Below are positions 17,142 through 27,766 of a DNA stretch of 45,611 nucleotides, one piece after another. The stretch covers positions 1 to 45,611 of the IMG/VR virus record IMGVR_UViG_3300037991_002113; one strand, written 5' to 3'. Source of the stretch: a virus. Lineage: Duplodnaviria; Caudoviricetes. How positions within the stretch are numbered: the first letter of the stretch is position 1; each line of letters starts with the position of its first letter. Made by a program: the position numbers and the translations under genes. A model generated the notes under the pieces. It was given only the letters and a program-made list of their open reading frames with translations, did not search any database and was not told where the DNA came from.

Positions 17142-20100
17142 TAGAAATCATTCCTTCCAGCTTACTTGCAATCTCTGGGTGGCCTTTCTTCATCAGGTTT
17201 TGGATGATAGACTTAGGCAACTTGCTGTTGAATCGAAGAGCATCCAAGGCTTTCTTCTTCTCATGTGGTTGGAGCACTTCGAGCATTGCCCCAATATCCT
17301 CAAGGAGGTTGCCTATGTGCTGGTAGTCAATGTCGTCACCACTAAGTTCACGGGCCACGATATTGTCTAAGCGGGTAATCTCTTTGATATGTTTGTCTAG
17401 GTGCTTCTTGTCAGACTGAAGGTTCCCCACTGTAGTCCACAGGAGGTCCTGCTCAGCGAGAGGAATACCCATGGTAGCCAAGGTCACTTCAACAGTATTC
17501 ATATCTGTCATAGTAGCAGACTCAGTCTTACGAGACACCATCTCACCGTACCGACGACCTACCCAGTTGATGTAGGCTTTGTTATACGAGGAGATGTTAC
17601 GGGCAAACCTGTTCCAATCGTAGACAGACTGATCAAACTGACCACCAGCTACGTTCTTCATGAACTTAACCATAGCATCAACTGAGTCGATAGTGATAGC
17701 ACCACCGGGACCAGCAGCAATAGTTGGCAGAGGTTCTTCAGACAACTTAACGAAGAGATCGAAGAGACCTTCACCTACAGCCAGACGTGAGCTAAGGGCC
17801 GTCTCCTCTCCACTCAGAGCAGTTAGGAAACCATCTAGGGCACCATATCGAGCCAGATCGTAAAGACCAGACTCAGGGTCTACAGTACCTTCATACCCAA
17901 GTTTATCCTGTAGGTAGCCAGCAGCAGGGATAGCGGCAGCACCGTAGAAGATGACATGAGACAGAAGGAGACTCACACGTTCCTTAGGTGTAAGGATTTC
18001 ACTGGTGAACAACTGCTCAGCCATACGCACATGGTAGGTAGTGAACTGCAAAGGCACAGCCATAAGACTACGTTGCCAAGGGGCTGCTGAGGCAGATGTC
18101 ATAGAGGCAGTGAGGACATCCTGACGGTGTACCATGTTACGAGTTACATGAGGGTCAAAGATATCTTCATTAAAACCTTTAGCCTTACGCTCAAGGAAGT
18201 TGGTTGTAGCTGCTGCGATACGTGCAGAGAGTTCACCCTCCTTGAAGAAGAACTGTCCCCAGTCCAAAAGTTTGTTCCCGAGGAATGCTGCTGAGTTGTT
18301 CTCCTCAACCACTGTACGGTCAATGATGTTACGACCAGAGGCTACAATCCAGTCACGTAGTTTGATAAACTCTTCAGCTTCAATGCCTGTGAATGGAGCC
18401 TGTGTCTTAGCGATACGCTTCAGGGCACCCTCAGGGATTTCTGGGACCAAGGCTAGACGCATAGGGAAGACACCTAGGGCACCACGCATAGCACCTACAG
18501 GGCCGATAGTAGCAGAAGTAACACCGATGATGTTGACAATCTGGTTGGCCTGTACGTAGATTTGGTCAATGTTGAACATACCCAGCTTAGTGTGGAAAGC
18601 CATGGCACGTAGGAAACCAGCAGGGTCTTTAGTGCTAGCCCAGTCCAAAGCCTTAGCCAAACGAGGGGACTTACCATACGTCCAGTTAGCGATGGAACGC
18701 ATGAGGTTACGCTCAGCAGCTACCAAGGCTGTAGTGTTGGAGAGACGCTGTTTGATTGTCTGTCGCTCAGTCTCCAAGGCTTTACCTACAGACTTCTTAG
18801 ACAGAACAGCAGCCTCAAGCTTAGCCTTAGGTTTCATCCCAGCCAGTTGGTCAGCATTGAGGATAGCCCCTTCAGCTTCAGCAGCTTTAACCCAACCGTT
18901 GATAGCGTTGAAGAGGTAGTTCATCTCACCACGACGAGCTACAGTCTGGGAGAACCCACGCTCAATAGACTTAGTAGGGTCGATAACGTCTAGGTCGTCC
19001 CCTCCATAACCTACCAGAGGGCGTACACCACGCTTCTTAGAGGCATTGAGACCACCACGGAAGGAGTCACCAATGGTCCCCTTACCAGAGAAACCGCCTG
19101 AGATAGCCTCACCATCTGGGGCGTAATCAATCTTCTTAGTGATGTCTAGGCCATAGTCCTTGGCGAAGTCCTGTAGGTCAGCGACATCCTCAAGGGACAG
19201 GTTCCAGTCATTGTTACGAAGGATTACCTTGTTGATCTCAGCTACGGGGAGACCAGAAGAGATAGCATCTACAATGTTGTTGAACTGTTCTACAGCTTTA
19301 ACTGCCTCATCCTCGAAGCGTACCCCCATGAATGTCTTAGGGCGTCCATCAACCTCAGCACCACCTGCCAGCTTAACCTTGTTCTCCTGCTTAAGGAAGA
19401 AAAGGGCTGGGGTGTTGTACTTACGGTGGCCACCTACGTTATAAGGCAAGACATCAGAGTGGTACAGCCTACGTGTCTTAGGGCTTTGAGACACAGCGTA
19501 ACGGACAAACCCTACACTGTCGATCTCGTAGAAGCCATCAATCTCGTAGACCTTAGCATCCTCAATCAAGTCACTACGGTTAACTACAGCACCAGTGTCT
19601 AGGTTATATACCTTAGCATCAGGGTCTACCTCAGAAGCTACACGAGCACGGTTATAGACACCATCAATCTGGAGCATCTCCTCACCGTTGTTGACAGCAT
19701 CCTTAAGGATACGATCAGCGTTGATGTAATAGTCTATGTCGTTAAGTTCTACTAGGGTGTTATAGTATTCCACTACTTCTTGACGAGGCTCAGAACCAAA
19801 CTTCTGCTCATAGCGAGTAGAGAACTCATCTGGGGTCAGAGGCTCAGTGCGGTAGTTGAACACTGGGTCATCTCGTAGTTCCAGCATGACAGCATCTACG
19901 TTACTGCGCTCAGAGAACTTAACAGGCTTACGTACTTTACGGTACTGCTTACTTAGATCACGGAGAGCCAAGGATGTCTTAGCCTCACCCTGTTTAAGGA
20001 TGGCATCAAGCTGAGGAGTAGTCTTAGCAGTAGTGGACATGATGCTGGAGAAGAACCCTGAGGCTAGGTCTTTAACCTCAGTGGCATCTACCAGACCCTC

Positions 20101-21471
20101 AGTAGGTACAGCCCACTCACGTACTACAGCATAGTGAGGAGTCCCTTCGTGAAGCTGTTCAACAACCTCACCACCTACAGAATCAGCAAACTTCTGAGCA
20201 CCTTCTTGAGTCTTGAAAGGTTTACTCCCTGAGCGGCCAAGGTATGCCTGCCCAAAGATATTACCGAAGTTGTCAGTACGGATAGAGTAGTCTAACTCAC
20301 GACGCTTATACTGTTTGTTGAGTTCACGTGTCTTAGCCAGCCAACCATCTTTGTTAGCTTCCTTGATTGCAGGGTCAACGTAAGGGCCGAAGTCAATCTG
20401 TTGGAATGCCTTAAGCATCTGGTTGTTAGCTTCTAGGTCACGGCGAGCCTGTAGCTCAGGAGACGAATGGTAGTCAGGCATCTCACGAGCAGGACGGATA
20501 AGACTAGAGTCAGTACCCTCAGTTAGAGTACTGTCATCCACACCTAGATCACCATGGCGTACTACGACACCCTGAGCTTCCTCAGCACTATGGTACTTGG
20601 AGATAACCTTAGGGCGGCTACCGTTTCGTGCAGCACCCTTTAGGGATTGGTTCAGGGCAGACGAGGTACCAAGGGATACGACATCAGCCACTTGAAATAG
20701 AATCTCTAGATCAGAGTTCCAGCCTACCCCACCCTCGTCCACCATAGACAAGAAGGTCTCCAGATAGAATGGGTTCTCCTCTGAGAAGACGCCAGCATCT
20801 TGGACACGATCTAGGATACCTTCCAAGCGAGTCTCGAACTCCTCGGCAGATAGGTCCTGAGAGTACAGGAGAGAGGTCTCACGGGCCAGTTCCGCTAGCT
20901 GTGCACCAGACTCCGTGAATTGTTGGTCCATGCCTAGGAGGGACGTTACAGAGCCTCCTACGTTGTGTAGGACTGAGGACACCGCAGTATCTAGGAAGTA
21001 CCCTACGCTAGACGTGAAGCCTTCGCTACGTTCACCACGCTTACGGGCAACGATACGCTCAGCAGCTAGACGACGATCAAGGATTTTCTTCTCAGTCTCA
21101 TTGAATGTATCCCGTTGGTTCAGCAGAATAGCGAAGTCAGGAGATACATAGTCTTGATACTGGAGAGCCTGTGCCTGAGCCTCGATAAGCTCTACACCAT
21201 TCTCAGGTTGCTCAGAGACTACACGACTAATGTTCTCAGTGGCTCTGTTCTCGTTAGCACGGTTAGCTTTATCGTTAGCCTGAGACTTCAGTAGACCAGC
21301 TTGGCCAGACTCTAGGTCAGCATTAATGGACACCACATTGTCTTCCAATGCAATGGCGTAGAAGTCTGTGAGGTTTTCCTTGTCAACCTGAGTAAGTTCC
21401 TTAGGGCCTAGTCCAAGCTCTAGGAACTCACCTTGATCAGACTGACCAACTTCTAAGAAGTCTTGAGGCAT
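17128..21471 (-). CDS. large internal virion/ejection protein
   Basis: 1447 aa, helical composition, podoviral core-protein position. Confidence 0.7.
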   Translation of the reverse strand: MPQDFLEVGQSDQGEFLELGLGPKELTQVDKENLTDFYAIALEDNVVSINADLESGQAGLLKSQANDKANRANENRATENISRVVSEQPENGVELIEAQAQALQYQDYVSPDFAILLNQRDTFNETEKKILDRRLAAERIVARKRGERSEGFTSSVGYFLDTAVSSVLHNVGGSVTSLLGMDQQFTESGAQLAELARETSLLYSQDLSAEEFETRLEGILDRVQDAGVFSEENPFYLETFLSMVDEGGVGWNSDLEILFQVADVVSLGTSSALNQSLKGAARNGSRPKVISKYHSAEEAQGVVVRHGDLGVDDSTLTEGTDSSLIRPAREMPDYHSSPELQARRDLEANNQMLKAFQQIDFGPYVDPAIKEANKDGWLAKTRELNKQYKRRELDYSIRTDNFGNIFGQAYLGRSGSKPFKTQEGAQKFADSVGGEVVEQLHEGTPHYAVVREWAVPTEGLVDATEVKDLASGFFSSIMSTTAKTTPQLDAILKQGEAKTSLALRDLSKQYRKVRKPVKFSERSNVDAVMLELRDDPVFNYRTEPLTPDEFSTRYEQKFGSEPRQEVVEYYNTLVELNDIDYYINADRILKDAVNNGEEMLQIDGVYNRARVASEVDPDAKVYNLDTGAVVNRSDLIEDAKVYEIDGFYEIDSVGFVRYAVSQSPKTRRLYHSDVLPYNVGGHRKYNTPALFFLKQENKVKLAGGAEVDGRPKTFMGVRFEDEAVKAVEQFNNIVDAISSGLPVAEINKVILRNNDWNLSLEDVADLQDFAKDYGLDITKKIDYAPDGEAISGGFSGKGTIGDSFRGGLNASKKRGVRPLVGYGGDDLDVIDPTKSIERGFSQTVARRGEMNYLFNAINGWVKAAEAEGAILNADQLAGMKPKAKLEAAVLSKKSVGKALETERQTIKQRLSNTTALVAAERNLMRSIANWTYGKSPRLAKALDWASTKDPAGFLRAMAFHTKLGMFNIDQIYVQANQIVNIIGVTSATIGPVGAMRGALGVFPMRLALVPEIPEGALKRIAKTQAPFTGIEAEEFIKLRDWIVASGRNIIDRTVVEENNSAAFLGNKLLDWGQFFFKEGELSARIAAATTNFLERKAKGFNEDIFDPHVTRNMVHRQDVLTASMTSASAAPWQRSLMAVPLQFTTYHVRMAEQLFTSEILTPKERVSLLLSHVIFYGAAAIPAAGYLQDKLGYEGTVDPESGLYDLARYGALDGFLTALSGEETALSSRLAVGEGLFDLFVKLSEEPLPTIAAGPGGAITIDSVDAMVKFMKNVAGGQFDQSVYDWNRFARNISSYNKAYINWVGRRYGEMVSRKTESATMTDMNTVEVTLATMGIPLAEQDLLWTTVGNLQSDKKHLDKHIKEITRLDNIVARELSGDDIDYQHIGNLLEDIGAMLEVLQPHEKKKALDALRFNSKLPKSIIQNLMKKGHPEIASKLEGMISNGNP

Positions 21472-21929
21472 TAGTTACTTCCCGGTGTGAAAGCTGAGAT
21501 GTTATTACCTTGAGGGCGGTTAGGTTTCAGAGAGGGGAACTGAGCACCTTGGGACAAACCGAAGTTAACCCCTACCCCACCTAGTTGAGCAATGTCCCCG
21601 AAGAGTTGAGCACGGGATTGAGCTTGGCCAATCTCTTGGGACAGACCAGACATCTGACTAGAGAAACCTAGGGCCTCACCTAACTGGGACCCGATAGCTC
21701 CAATACCACCTTGTCCGCCTGAGCCACCTAGAGAACCTGCTGCCTGTGCTGTAGCAACTGACTGAGCACGTTGAAGCTGAGCCTGACGGATAGACTGCCT
21801 ACGGCTCCTTCGTGTAGCTACCTGCTGCTGTCGCTGAGATAGTTTAGCTGCCTTACGCTGTTGAGAGACAGAAGCTACGGTCCCCGCCACAGAGGCTACA
21901 GCGCCAATTACTAGTGCAACCTGAGGCAT
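21471..21929 (-). CDS. small internal virion protein (T7 gp14-like)
   Basis: Ala/Gly/Gln-rich with hydrophobic N-terminus; synteny. Confidence 0.65.
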   Translation of the reverse strand: MPQVALVIGAVASVAGTVASVSQQRKAAKLSQRQQQVATRRSRRQSIRQAQLQRAQSVATAQAAGSLGGSGGQGGIGAIGSQLGEALGFSSQMSGLSQEIGQAQSRAQLFGDIAQLGGVGVNFGLSQGAQFPSLKPNRPQGNNISAFTPGSN

Positions 21930-22255
21930 TACTCCTCTCCTTCCAGTACGTAGATATCGTATCTACCTGTGTCTTGGTCTAGCCCTACGTACTTAAAACC
22001 AAACCTCTTGGCTAGTTTAGCAGTGGACTTGTTGTGTGGTTCTACAGCTACCCAGAGGTGCCAGTACCCCATGTCTTCTAGGAACTTCTTCATGCTGTCT
22101 AGTGTAGCTGACATATCCAGTAGGACACCCTTGTTGAACTTAGAGACATAAGGGAAATGAATGATAGCAAACTCATCGCTGTACTCTAGGTCTATCCCGT
22201 AGTCTTCTTTCTCAACTAAGGTGAACCTACGGCTAGTAAGAGGGGTTTCTGGCAT
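21929..22255 (-). CDS. GNAT-like acetyltransferase of the virion module
   Basis: V...NK...KLAKRFGFKYVG GNAT C-terminal motif; T7 gp13 position. Confidence 0.6.
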   Translation of the reverse strand: MPETPLTSRRFTLVEKEDYGIDLEYSDEFAIIHFPYVSKFNKGVLLDMSATLDSMKKFLEDMGYWHLWVAVEPHNKSTAKLAKRFGFKYVGLDQDTGRYDIYVLEGEE

Positions 22256-24407
22256 CTAGTGTTTCCCAGCCTAAAAGGTTAAAGTCTTTCCCTGTGGCAC
22301 CCTCAAACCTCAGACGCATTACTCTGCCACGTCCACGGGTACGAAGCCTAGTGGTGATGACAGTGGTGGGGTAATCAAAGTTACTGAGATCATCTGCGTC
22401 TACGACAAGAGGGTACTTATACCGATAAGCTTCTTGCTGAGCAGAGGAGGCTATCTTCTTGAAGTCCCAGAATGTGGAGACCTTAAGAGATGACTCTCGG
22501 GTAGGACTATAGGAGCCATCCCCATTCTCAGTCCATCCAGTCTCAGTAGCTCGTAGAAGAACAGTGACATAAGGGGAGTTCTTCCTGCGGCCTAGGTCTC
22601 CCATGAAGTTATAGGATGCTTCAGCGTATGCACTGTAGTCCTCCGTACCCCAATCAAGAAACTCCTCAGCGGTGAACTCAGAGAAGGTAAGAGAACCTGA
22701 GGGGTCACGGGTAAGGAACTGAATAGCAGAGGAACCTATCCCGCCTAGCTGCTGAGAGGAGACCACTTGGTTACCTGAGCTATCTACTACAACATTGTTT
22801 AGGCTATCCACAACAGTAAAGTCTACCTCACCTACTCTACGTCCTTTGAAGAAAGTTGGGGCCACGACATAAGGAGTATCTGTAGATTTATCCGAGATGG
22901 TCCAAGGGTAAAAGGCCCCTAGTTGCACATCGAGAAGAAGGATACGATTCAGCTTATAGCTTACAGACTCATCGTTGTTCGGGTGGCTCCAGAGAACTAC
23001 ATCGTTGAGGCCATCGTAGGTCCCTACTACAGAAGCCCTAGCGCCCCCATCGATACTGTTCCAAAATGTTTGTATGGTATCACGAGAGATGTTCTCTTCC
23101 ACAAGACCATTGTCCTCGGTTACTCGGATAGTGTGGATACCTGTGTAGCTCCACCAGAAGGGAAGACCATTCTGTCCTGAGACTAGGCTCTTACGTGCAG
23201 ACAGACCATCATCAGTGATACGGTAGACAGAGTACTCAGAGGCACGGAATACATTATCTACACCAGAGATACGCCATACACCGTTGTCAGCGAAGACCAG
23301 TAGAGATGCCCCGAATGGGTGGAGGCTCTTGATACCACGAGCATCTGGGATAGAGATAAACCCACCGTCAGTATCTAGGAGGTCAGAGGCTTCTTCAGAT
23401 GTTGGGTCGTTAACCTGATAGCAGTTCCCGATGTCACTAAAGTCCTCAAGGATACGAGAGAAGTAAACCTTAGAGCCTACCCCACCGTAGAAGACACGTC
23501 CTGCAAAGGAGGCTACCGCACTAAACCTGTCAGTCAAAGCCGCTGAAGGGACGCCAGTAATACCTGAGGCTGTCTCTCTGTCCCCTTCGAAGAGGTCTAA
23601 GACAAAGTGTCCGTTGACGATCAAGGTGTTCCCAGAGTAAATCTTCTCCCACTCAGCCACAGAGAAGTTACCAGAGCTATCTTTACCAGAGTACCAAGGG
23701 TGGGTAAGAGGGGGATACTCGGAGTTAGCTCCTGTGTAGGCAGTCAGAGCAGCGTCCCCTTTGTCCCCTACCCAGCCACAGTTACGTGTGTCATAGTCTC
23801 GGAGAACATCTACCGGAGTAGCTTCACCTTCTACTAGGTCAAGACGAGGAGTCAAGTATTCGAAGTCACGTACCTTGAAGTCAATCTGGGTAACAGAGAA
23901 GGAACCATTCGAAGGATCACGCTCAATGTAGAAGGACTCAATCTGAGGAGAGGCGACAACTAGACGACCATTGATAGACGCTGTATCTACATGAGAGGTC
24001 CCAGCACCTAGACCGTCAGTCTTATTGTAGGGCGTCATGTCTAGGATGTACGGAGTACTGTCAGCATCTGACGTAGGTACCTCGCTACCAGACAGTGCAC
24101 CATCCTCACGAAGGTAGAACCTAAGTGTATGTCCAGCTTGCACCACCACATACTCTAGGTCTGAGTCCTCCCCTACATTAGTCCAAGTGGATGTACCAAA
24201 GAGCAGGCCCTCTGTATATGTCTCAGAGGATAGCTGACTGCCAAACTCATACTCCATACCTAGGCGTTTAGAACGGTTCCCCGCCTTAAACAAGGAGCAG
24301 TTCAGTTCATCAATAGATGCTTCATTAGGGAAACTAAGCTCAGAGAACTCAGTTAGAAGCCCCTTGTTGAACGTGTTTCGAATCGTTTGGTTTAGCTGCT
24401 GAGGCAT
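22233..24407 (-). CDS. tail tubular protein B / nozzle
   Basis: 724 aa beta-rich, FAGRVFYGG, ends RGRGRVMRLRFE...LLGW; synteny. Confidence 0.75.
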   Translation of the reverse strand: MPQQLNQTIRNTFNKGLLTEFSELSFPNEASIDELNCSLFKAGNRSKRLGMEYEFGSQLSSETYTEGLLFGTSTWTNVGEDSDLEYVVVQAGHTLRFYLREDGALSGSEVPTSDADSTPYILDMTPYNKTDGLGAGTSHVDTASINGRLVVASPQIESFYIERDPSNGSFSVTQIDFKVRDFEYLTPRLDLVEGEATPVDVLRDYDTRNCGWVGDKGDAALTAYTGANSEYPPLTHPWYSGKDSSGNFSVAEWEKIYSGNTLIVNGHFVLDLFEGDRETASGITGVPSAALTDRFSAVASFAGRVFYGGVGSKVYFSRILEDFSDIGNCYQVNDPTSEEASDLLDTDGGFISIPDARGIKSLHPFGASLLVFADNGVWRISGVDNVFRASEYSVYRITDDGLSARKSLVSGQNGLPFWWSYTGIHTIRVTEDNGLVEENISRDTIQTFWNSIDGGARASVVGTYDGLNDVVLWSHPNNDESVSYKLNRILLLDVQLGAFYPWTISDKSTDTPYVVAPTFFKGRRVGEVDFTVVDSLNNVVVDSSGNQVVSSQQLGGIGSSAIQFLTRDPSGSLTFSEFTAEEFLDWGTEDYSAYAEASYNFMGDLGRRKNSPYVTVLLRATETGWTENGDGSYSPTRESSLKVSTFWDFKKIASSAQQEAYRYKYPLVVDADDLSNFDYPTTVITTRLRTRGRGRVMRLRFEGATGKDFNLLGWETLDARNPSY

Positions 24408-24687
24408 TAGATTTCTTACGCTCTTCTCTGATCCTAGTGTTCTCGTCTCGTCTTACTGCTACTGAAGGCTTCTTAGTTCGAAGATACTCTTTGATCTTAG
24501 CTATAGCCTTATCCGGTGTAGTGAAAGACCCTGAGAGTTCTTTGGCTACTGAGCCTTTGTCCTGTTCGATGTTGAAGAGAGCAAAACCATTGTTGGCTTT
24601 CTTGACGTAGTACTTAGTCTTTAGTTTGTCTGAGGTGATTACAAAGACTGGGTTGTCATTCTCAGACTGTGTTCGTTTAACGTCCAT
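24349..24687 (-). CDS. hypothetical protein
   Basis: 112 aa ORF between tail genes. Confidence 0.65.
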   Translation of the reverse strand: MDVKRTQSENDNPVFVITSDKLKTKYYVKKANNGFALFNIEQDKGSVAKELSGSFTTPDKAIAKIKEYLRTKKPSVAVRRDENTRIREERKKSNASAAKPNDSKHVQQGASN

Positions 24688-25399
24688 AGTTGCTCCAGTG
24701 GTTTGGTCGCTTGGTACGGTACATATCGTTCTGCATGAAAGCCTTCTGTCTACGTGCAGCTTGCTCTACCTTAGGGTCTGATCCACCTTTGAGGAGAGAC
24801 ATCGCAGTTGACTTGGCTTCAGCTAGGAAGTAGGGGTACAGTGTTGCATCTAGGTCTGGCGTAAAGCCATCACTGATCTGGAAAGTAGGGTACTTGGTAC
24901 CGTAGGCTCGTACCTTGCTCTCTTGAAGTGTAGCCTCTGTGGTACTGTCGTAGGAGTTTAAGACAACCCAGTAATCATCAAAGGAGGTGTAGAACCTAGG
25001 GTCTTGGTCATTGAGAATACGTAGCTTGGTTCCACCATTCTTATCTAAGACAGTATCGTAGTCCTCTTGAATGGTGTCAGTACGGGAGAGAAAGTCCATA
25101 GGTTCACACCAGACAATCTCCTTGTAGTCCCCATTCTTGTCCTCATACCAGAGAGCAGTAATCTCTTTAACATTCTCTGGGTAGTAGAAATGAGTAGGGA
25201 ACTCAGAGTCAGACGCTGCTGTCATCTTCAGGAGTTCTTGATGTTCAGGTATCTTACGTGTGGCGATGATGTTGAAGTAAGTGTCACGGACAATGGAGGC
25301 AACCTGCTGAGCCTCTACGCTATCTGAGATGCTATTAACATCCTCAGAGTCCATATCGCTTAAGATACTTTGAACTAGTTGGAGGAGTGTATATTTCAT
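24677..25399 (-). CDS. tail tubular protein A / head-tail adaptor
   Basis: TLLQLVQSILSDMDSEDVNSISDSVEAQQVA resembles the T7 gp11 N-terminus; synteny. Confidence 0.75.
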   Translation of the reverse strand: MKYTLLQLVQSILSDMDSEDVNSISDSVEAQQVASIVRDTYFNIIATRKIPEHQELLKMTAASDSEFPTHFYYPENVKEITALWYEDKNGDYKEIVWCEPMDFLSRTDTIQEDYDTVLDKNGGTKLRILNDQDPRFYTSFDDYWVVLNSYDSTTEATLQESKVRAYGTKYPTFQISDGFTPDLDATLYPYFLAEAKSTAMSLLKGGSDPKVEQAARRQKAFMQNDMYRTKRPNHWSNYGR

Positions 25400-25408
25400 C
25401 AGACTTCC

Positions 25409-25675
25409 TCACCACTTGACCTTGTCAGCCCAATATGCAGCAGACATCTTGCCTTTAGCAATATTCTTAGCGTGACGGGCCTTAAATGATTTTTGACGGG
25501 CAGTAGGTTTCTTATCTCCGCTTACACCTTGTTGCCCAAAGCGGATAGTTTTAATCTTGTCCCCTTCTTTAGCCACAACAACGTGAGACTTAGTTGGGTG
25601 TTTAGGAGTTCGCTTAGGTTTGTTAAACCCAGATACACCTGCTCTTTCTAAGCGCGGGTCTTTCTTTTTAGACAT
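25409..25675 (-). CDS. small highly basic protein
   Basis: 88 aa Lys/Arg-rich, KTIRFGQQG...SFKARH...SAAYWA. Confidence 0.75.
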   Translation of the reverse strand: MSKKKDPRLERAGVSGFNKPKRTPKHPTKSHVVVAKEGDKIKTIRFGQQGVSGDKKPTARQKSFKARHAKNIAKGKMSAAYWADKVKW

Positions 25676-25677
25676 AC

Positions 25678-25788
25678 TTACACCTTCTTTTTCTTTTTTG
25701 CTTTAGGTGCAGATTTAGCCATAGCCTTTTTAGCGGCTACCTTACCTTTCTTAGTGTAGGCAAATTTTTTCCCTTTGACTGTAGGCAT
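25678..25788 (-). CDS. 36-aa Lys/Ala-rich peptide (not in ORF track)
   Basis: MPTVKGKKFAYTKKGKVAAKKAMAKSAPKAKKKKKV with AAGGAG SD. Confidence 0.7.
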   Translation of the reverse strand: MPTVKGKKFAYTKKGKVAAKKAMAKSAPKAKKKKKV

Positions 25789-25799
25789 CTTTGTTCTCC

Positions 25800-27095
25800 T
25801 TATGGTGCGTCGGTTACGATATCGGCTGCCGTCATGTTATACATTACAAAGGTAGCAGTTCCCACATTGTCCTGAATGTTTGGGTAAGTGTCGCCGTCCC
25901 CCATACGCCACCAGTGATCCGGTGGTGTTCCGAGTGTGCTTAGATCAAACGGCGTTCCGCTGTTGTAGATGCTGGCAACGTTGGCTGACTGATCAGACCC
26001 CCACACGGCAAACTCATCAACGCGGCAATTGTCGCGCATGTAGGTCCCCGAAGAATACCGACCAATGCGCAGATTGTCGGCGTCAATGCCACTTGACCAT
26101 CCATAGTTTGAATTGCTCCAAGTGCCGCCGCTGGTCACGTCTACCCCGTCAACGTAAACGGTGAAGCGCCCGTAATAGTCATTAATTGCCCCACTAGAGC
26201 TTCCCGTTGTGCCGCCATCGTAACAGACCATAACGTGCTTCCAAACGCCTGCGGAAAGTAAGTTGTTGGCCCCATTCCATTGGAGATAGTTGTTGCTTGA
26301 GCCATAGCGGAAACGCAGGCTGTCGTTCGAACCAAGGTAACGCAAGAACAGGTGCCCGCCGTTAGTAGTGTCGTTGTCTCCAAAATAGAAAATAGTCTGC
26401 GAATTATTATTGTTCGTACCACCTTTGAACCATAGGTGGATGGTCCACTCATCCCCACTCCCAGAGCCGTTGCCGGATCGACCCAACTCCGCTTCAAGCA
26501 GTGCTGCATTTGCGCCGAGATAGTCTTGGTTGGAAAAGTTAATGCTCTTTGTGTTAGAGAACGGCGGTGCAGAAACGACAAGGGCAATGGTTTCACTGTC
26601 CTGTCCAAAGTAATTGATCGCCGTCGCCGTGATGTTGTAAGTCGCAGGAGACAAGCCAGATCCGCCGATCAGCTTACGGATATTTCCGTCAACAGTAGTG
26701 ACACCTGACGGTAAGCTGTCCCACTCATAGCCTACTCCATTAGAAGCAGTTAGCTCGTAATTCAGTGTGTCGCCTTCAGTCAAGTTAATCGTAGTGGGTG
26801 AGGTAATAGCAGGGGCAACTCCTTGAGAACCGCCAGCCACATTAAAGACAGAGGTGTTCAATGCGTCGACAACTGAGGTGACGTCAGCACCATACAAAGA
26901 ACCGTTTTCATCAACTACTTCTGTGTAGTCAAGGTCTACAAAAAGAGCATTTTCTCTAGCATTGTCTTGGATAGAAAATGTTGTGTCTGTCGGATTTTCC
27001 ATCACAGCTTGCAAAGTGTCTAGGAACTGCGCCCCGTTGTTATCTTCAACAAATACGTTTCGGGCATCGGAGTTTTTGTAGATTTTAATTGTCAT
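25800..27095 (-). CDS. virion protein with Ig-like and LamG/ConA-like domains
   Basis: APAITSP...ITATAIN Ig-like segment; WTIHLWFK...WKHVMVCYDG...VYVDG...VDEFAVW LamG pattern. Confidence 0.75.
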   Translation of the reverse strand: MTIKIYKNSDARNVFVEDNNGAQFLDTLQAVMENPTDTTFSIQDNARENALFVDLDYTEVVDENGSLYGADVTSVVDALNTSVFNVAGGSQGVAPAITSPTTINLTEGDTLNYELTASNGVGYEWDSLPSGVTTVDGNIRKLIGGSGLSPATYNITATAINYFGQDSETIALVVSAPPFSNTKSINFSNQDYLGANAALLEAELGRSGNGSGSGDEWTIHLWFKGGTNNNNSQTIFYFGDNDTTNGGHLFLRYLGSNDSLRFRYGSSNNYLQWNGANNLLSAGVWKHVMVCYDGGTTGSSSGAINDYYGRFTVYVDGVDVTSGGTWSNSNYGWSSGIDADNLRIGRYSSGTYMRDNCRVDEFAVWGSDQSANVASIYNSGTPFDLSTLGTPPDHWWRMGDGDTYPNIQDNVGTATFVMYNMTAADIVTDAP

Positions 27096-27703
27096 CGTTT
27101 AAAAACCTCAATGTACATCCCTGCATTGACTACCGAACCTGTGGAACTTAGCTTGACTTGTAGAAAAATAGGGTTGTCAATTGTGTTGCTGTCCCCTGCA
27201 TAAATGCCTAGCAAAACACCACTGCGTCGATAAGCAACACCAGCGCCTTGGTCTAGCCGCCCAAGAGAGGAAGGAAGCGAGTATTGAGATGCCCCCGCTC
27301 CTAAAAGAAAACGAAACTCAAGGTCTGCGTTGTTGCTGTCAGGTGTTACAGTAAAGTCGGGTCGGACAGACAGTGTTGAGTACTGTGTAAGTTCCGTGAT
27401 GTCGATAGCCCCTGTCGAACTGTCTAGCAAAGTGGTTACACCAGAAGGGAGGTTTTCTATAGTAAAAGACCCAAGCCCATCATTAGGAAGAGTAGTCCAA
27501 GTGTCTGCTGCTAAAGAGACCGGTGTGGATGAGGTAGACGTATCATTGTAGTCTGCAATACCGTGGTGGAGTTCTGCGACTGACATCCAAGTCCCTGATC
27601 CTGCTCCATCCGCCACATATACTTGGTTAGCGCTTGCTGTATCCACACCCTTAGGTTCATGGATTTCAGAGCCAGACAAAACACTGTGTTGAATAGTTGG
27701 CAA
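27092..27703 (-). CDS. virion structural protein
   Basis: 203 aa, HEPKG...QVYVADGAGSGTW N-terminus; located after the capsid genes. Confidence 0.6.
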   Translation of the reverse strand: MPTIQHSVLSGSEIHEPKGVDTASANQVYVADGAGSGTWMSVAELHHGIADYNDTSTSSTPVSLAADTWTTLPNDGLGSFTIENLPSGVTTLLDSSTGAIDITELTQYSTLSVRPDFTVTPDSNNADLEFRFLLGAGASQYSLPSSLGRLDQGAGVAYRRSGVLLGIYAGDSNTIDNPIFLQVKLSSTGSVVNAGMYIEVFKR

Positions 27704-27726
27704 TTTTCTATCTCCTAAGGGTTTGG

Positions 27727-27752
27727 GTAAGAGGAGACCCGAAGGTCTCCCC
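27727..27752 (-). terminator. hairpin / probable terminator after the capsid genes
   Basis: On - strand GGAGACC-TTCG-GGTCTCC (C-UUCG-G tetraloop) followed by a weak U tract. Confidence 0.7.
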
Positions 27753-27766
27753 TAGTTAGTTTATGG

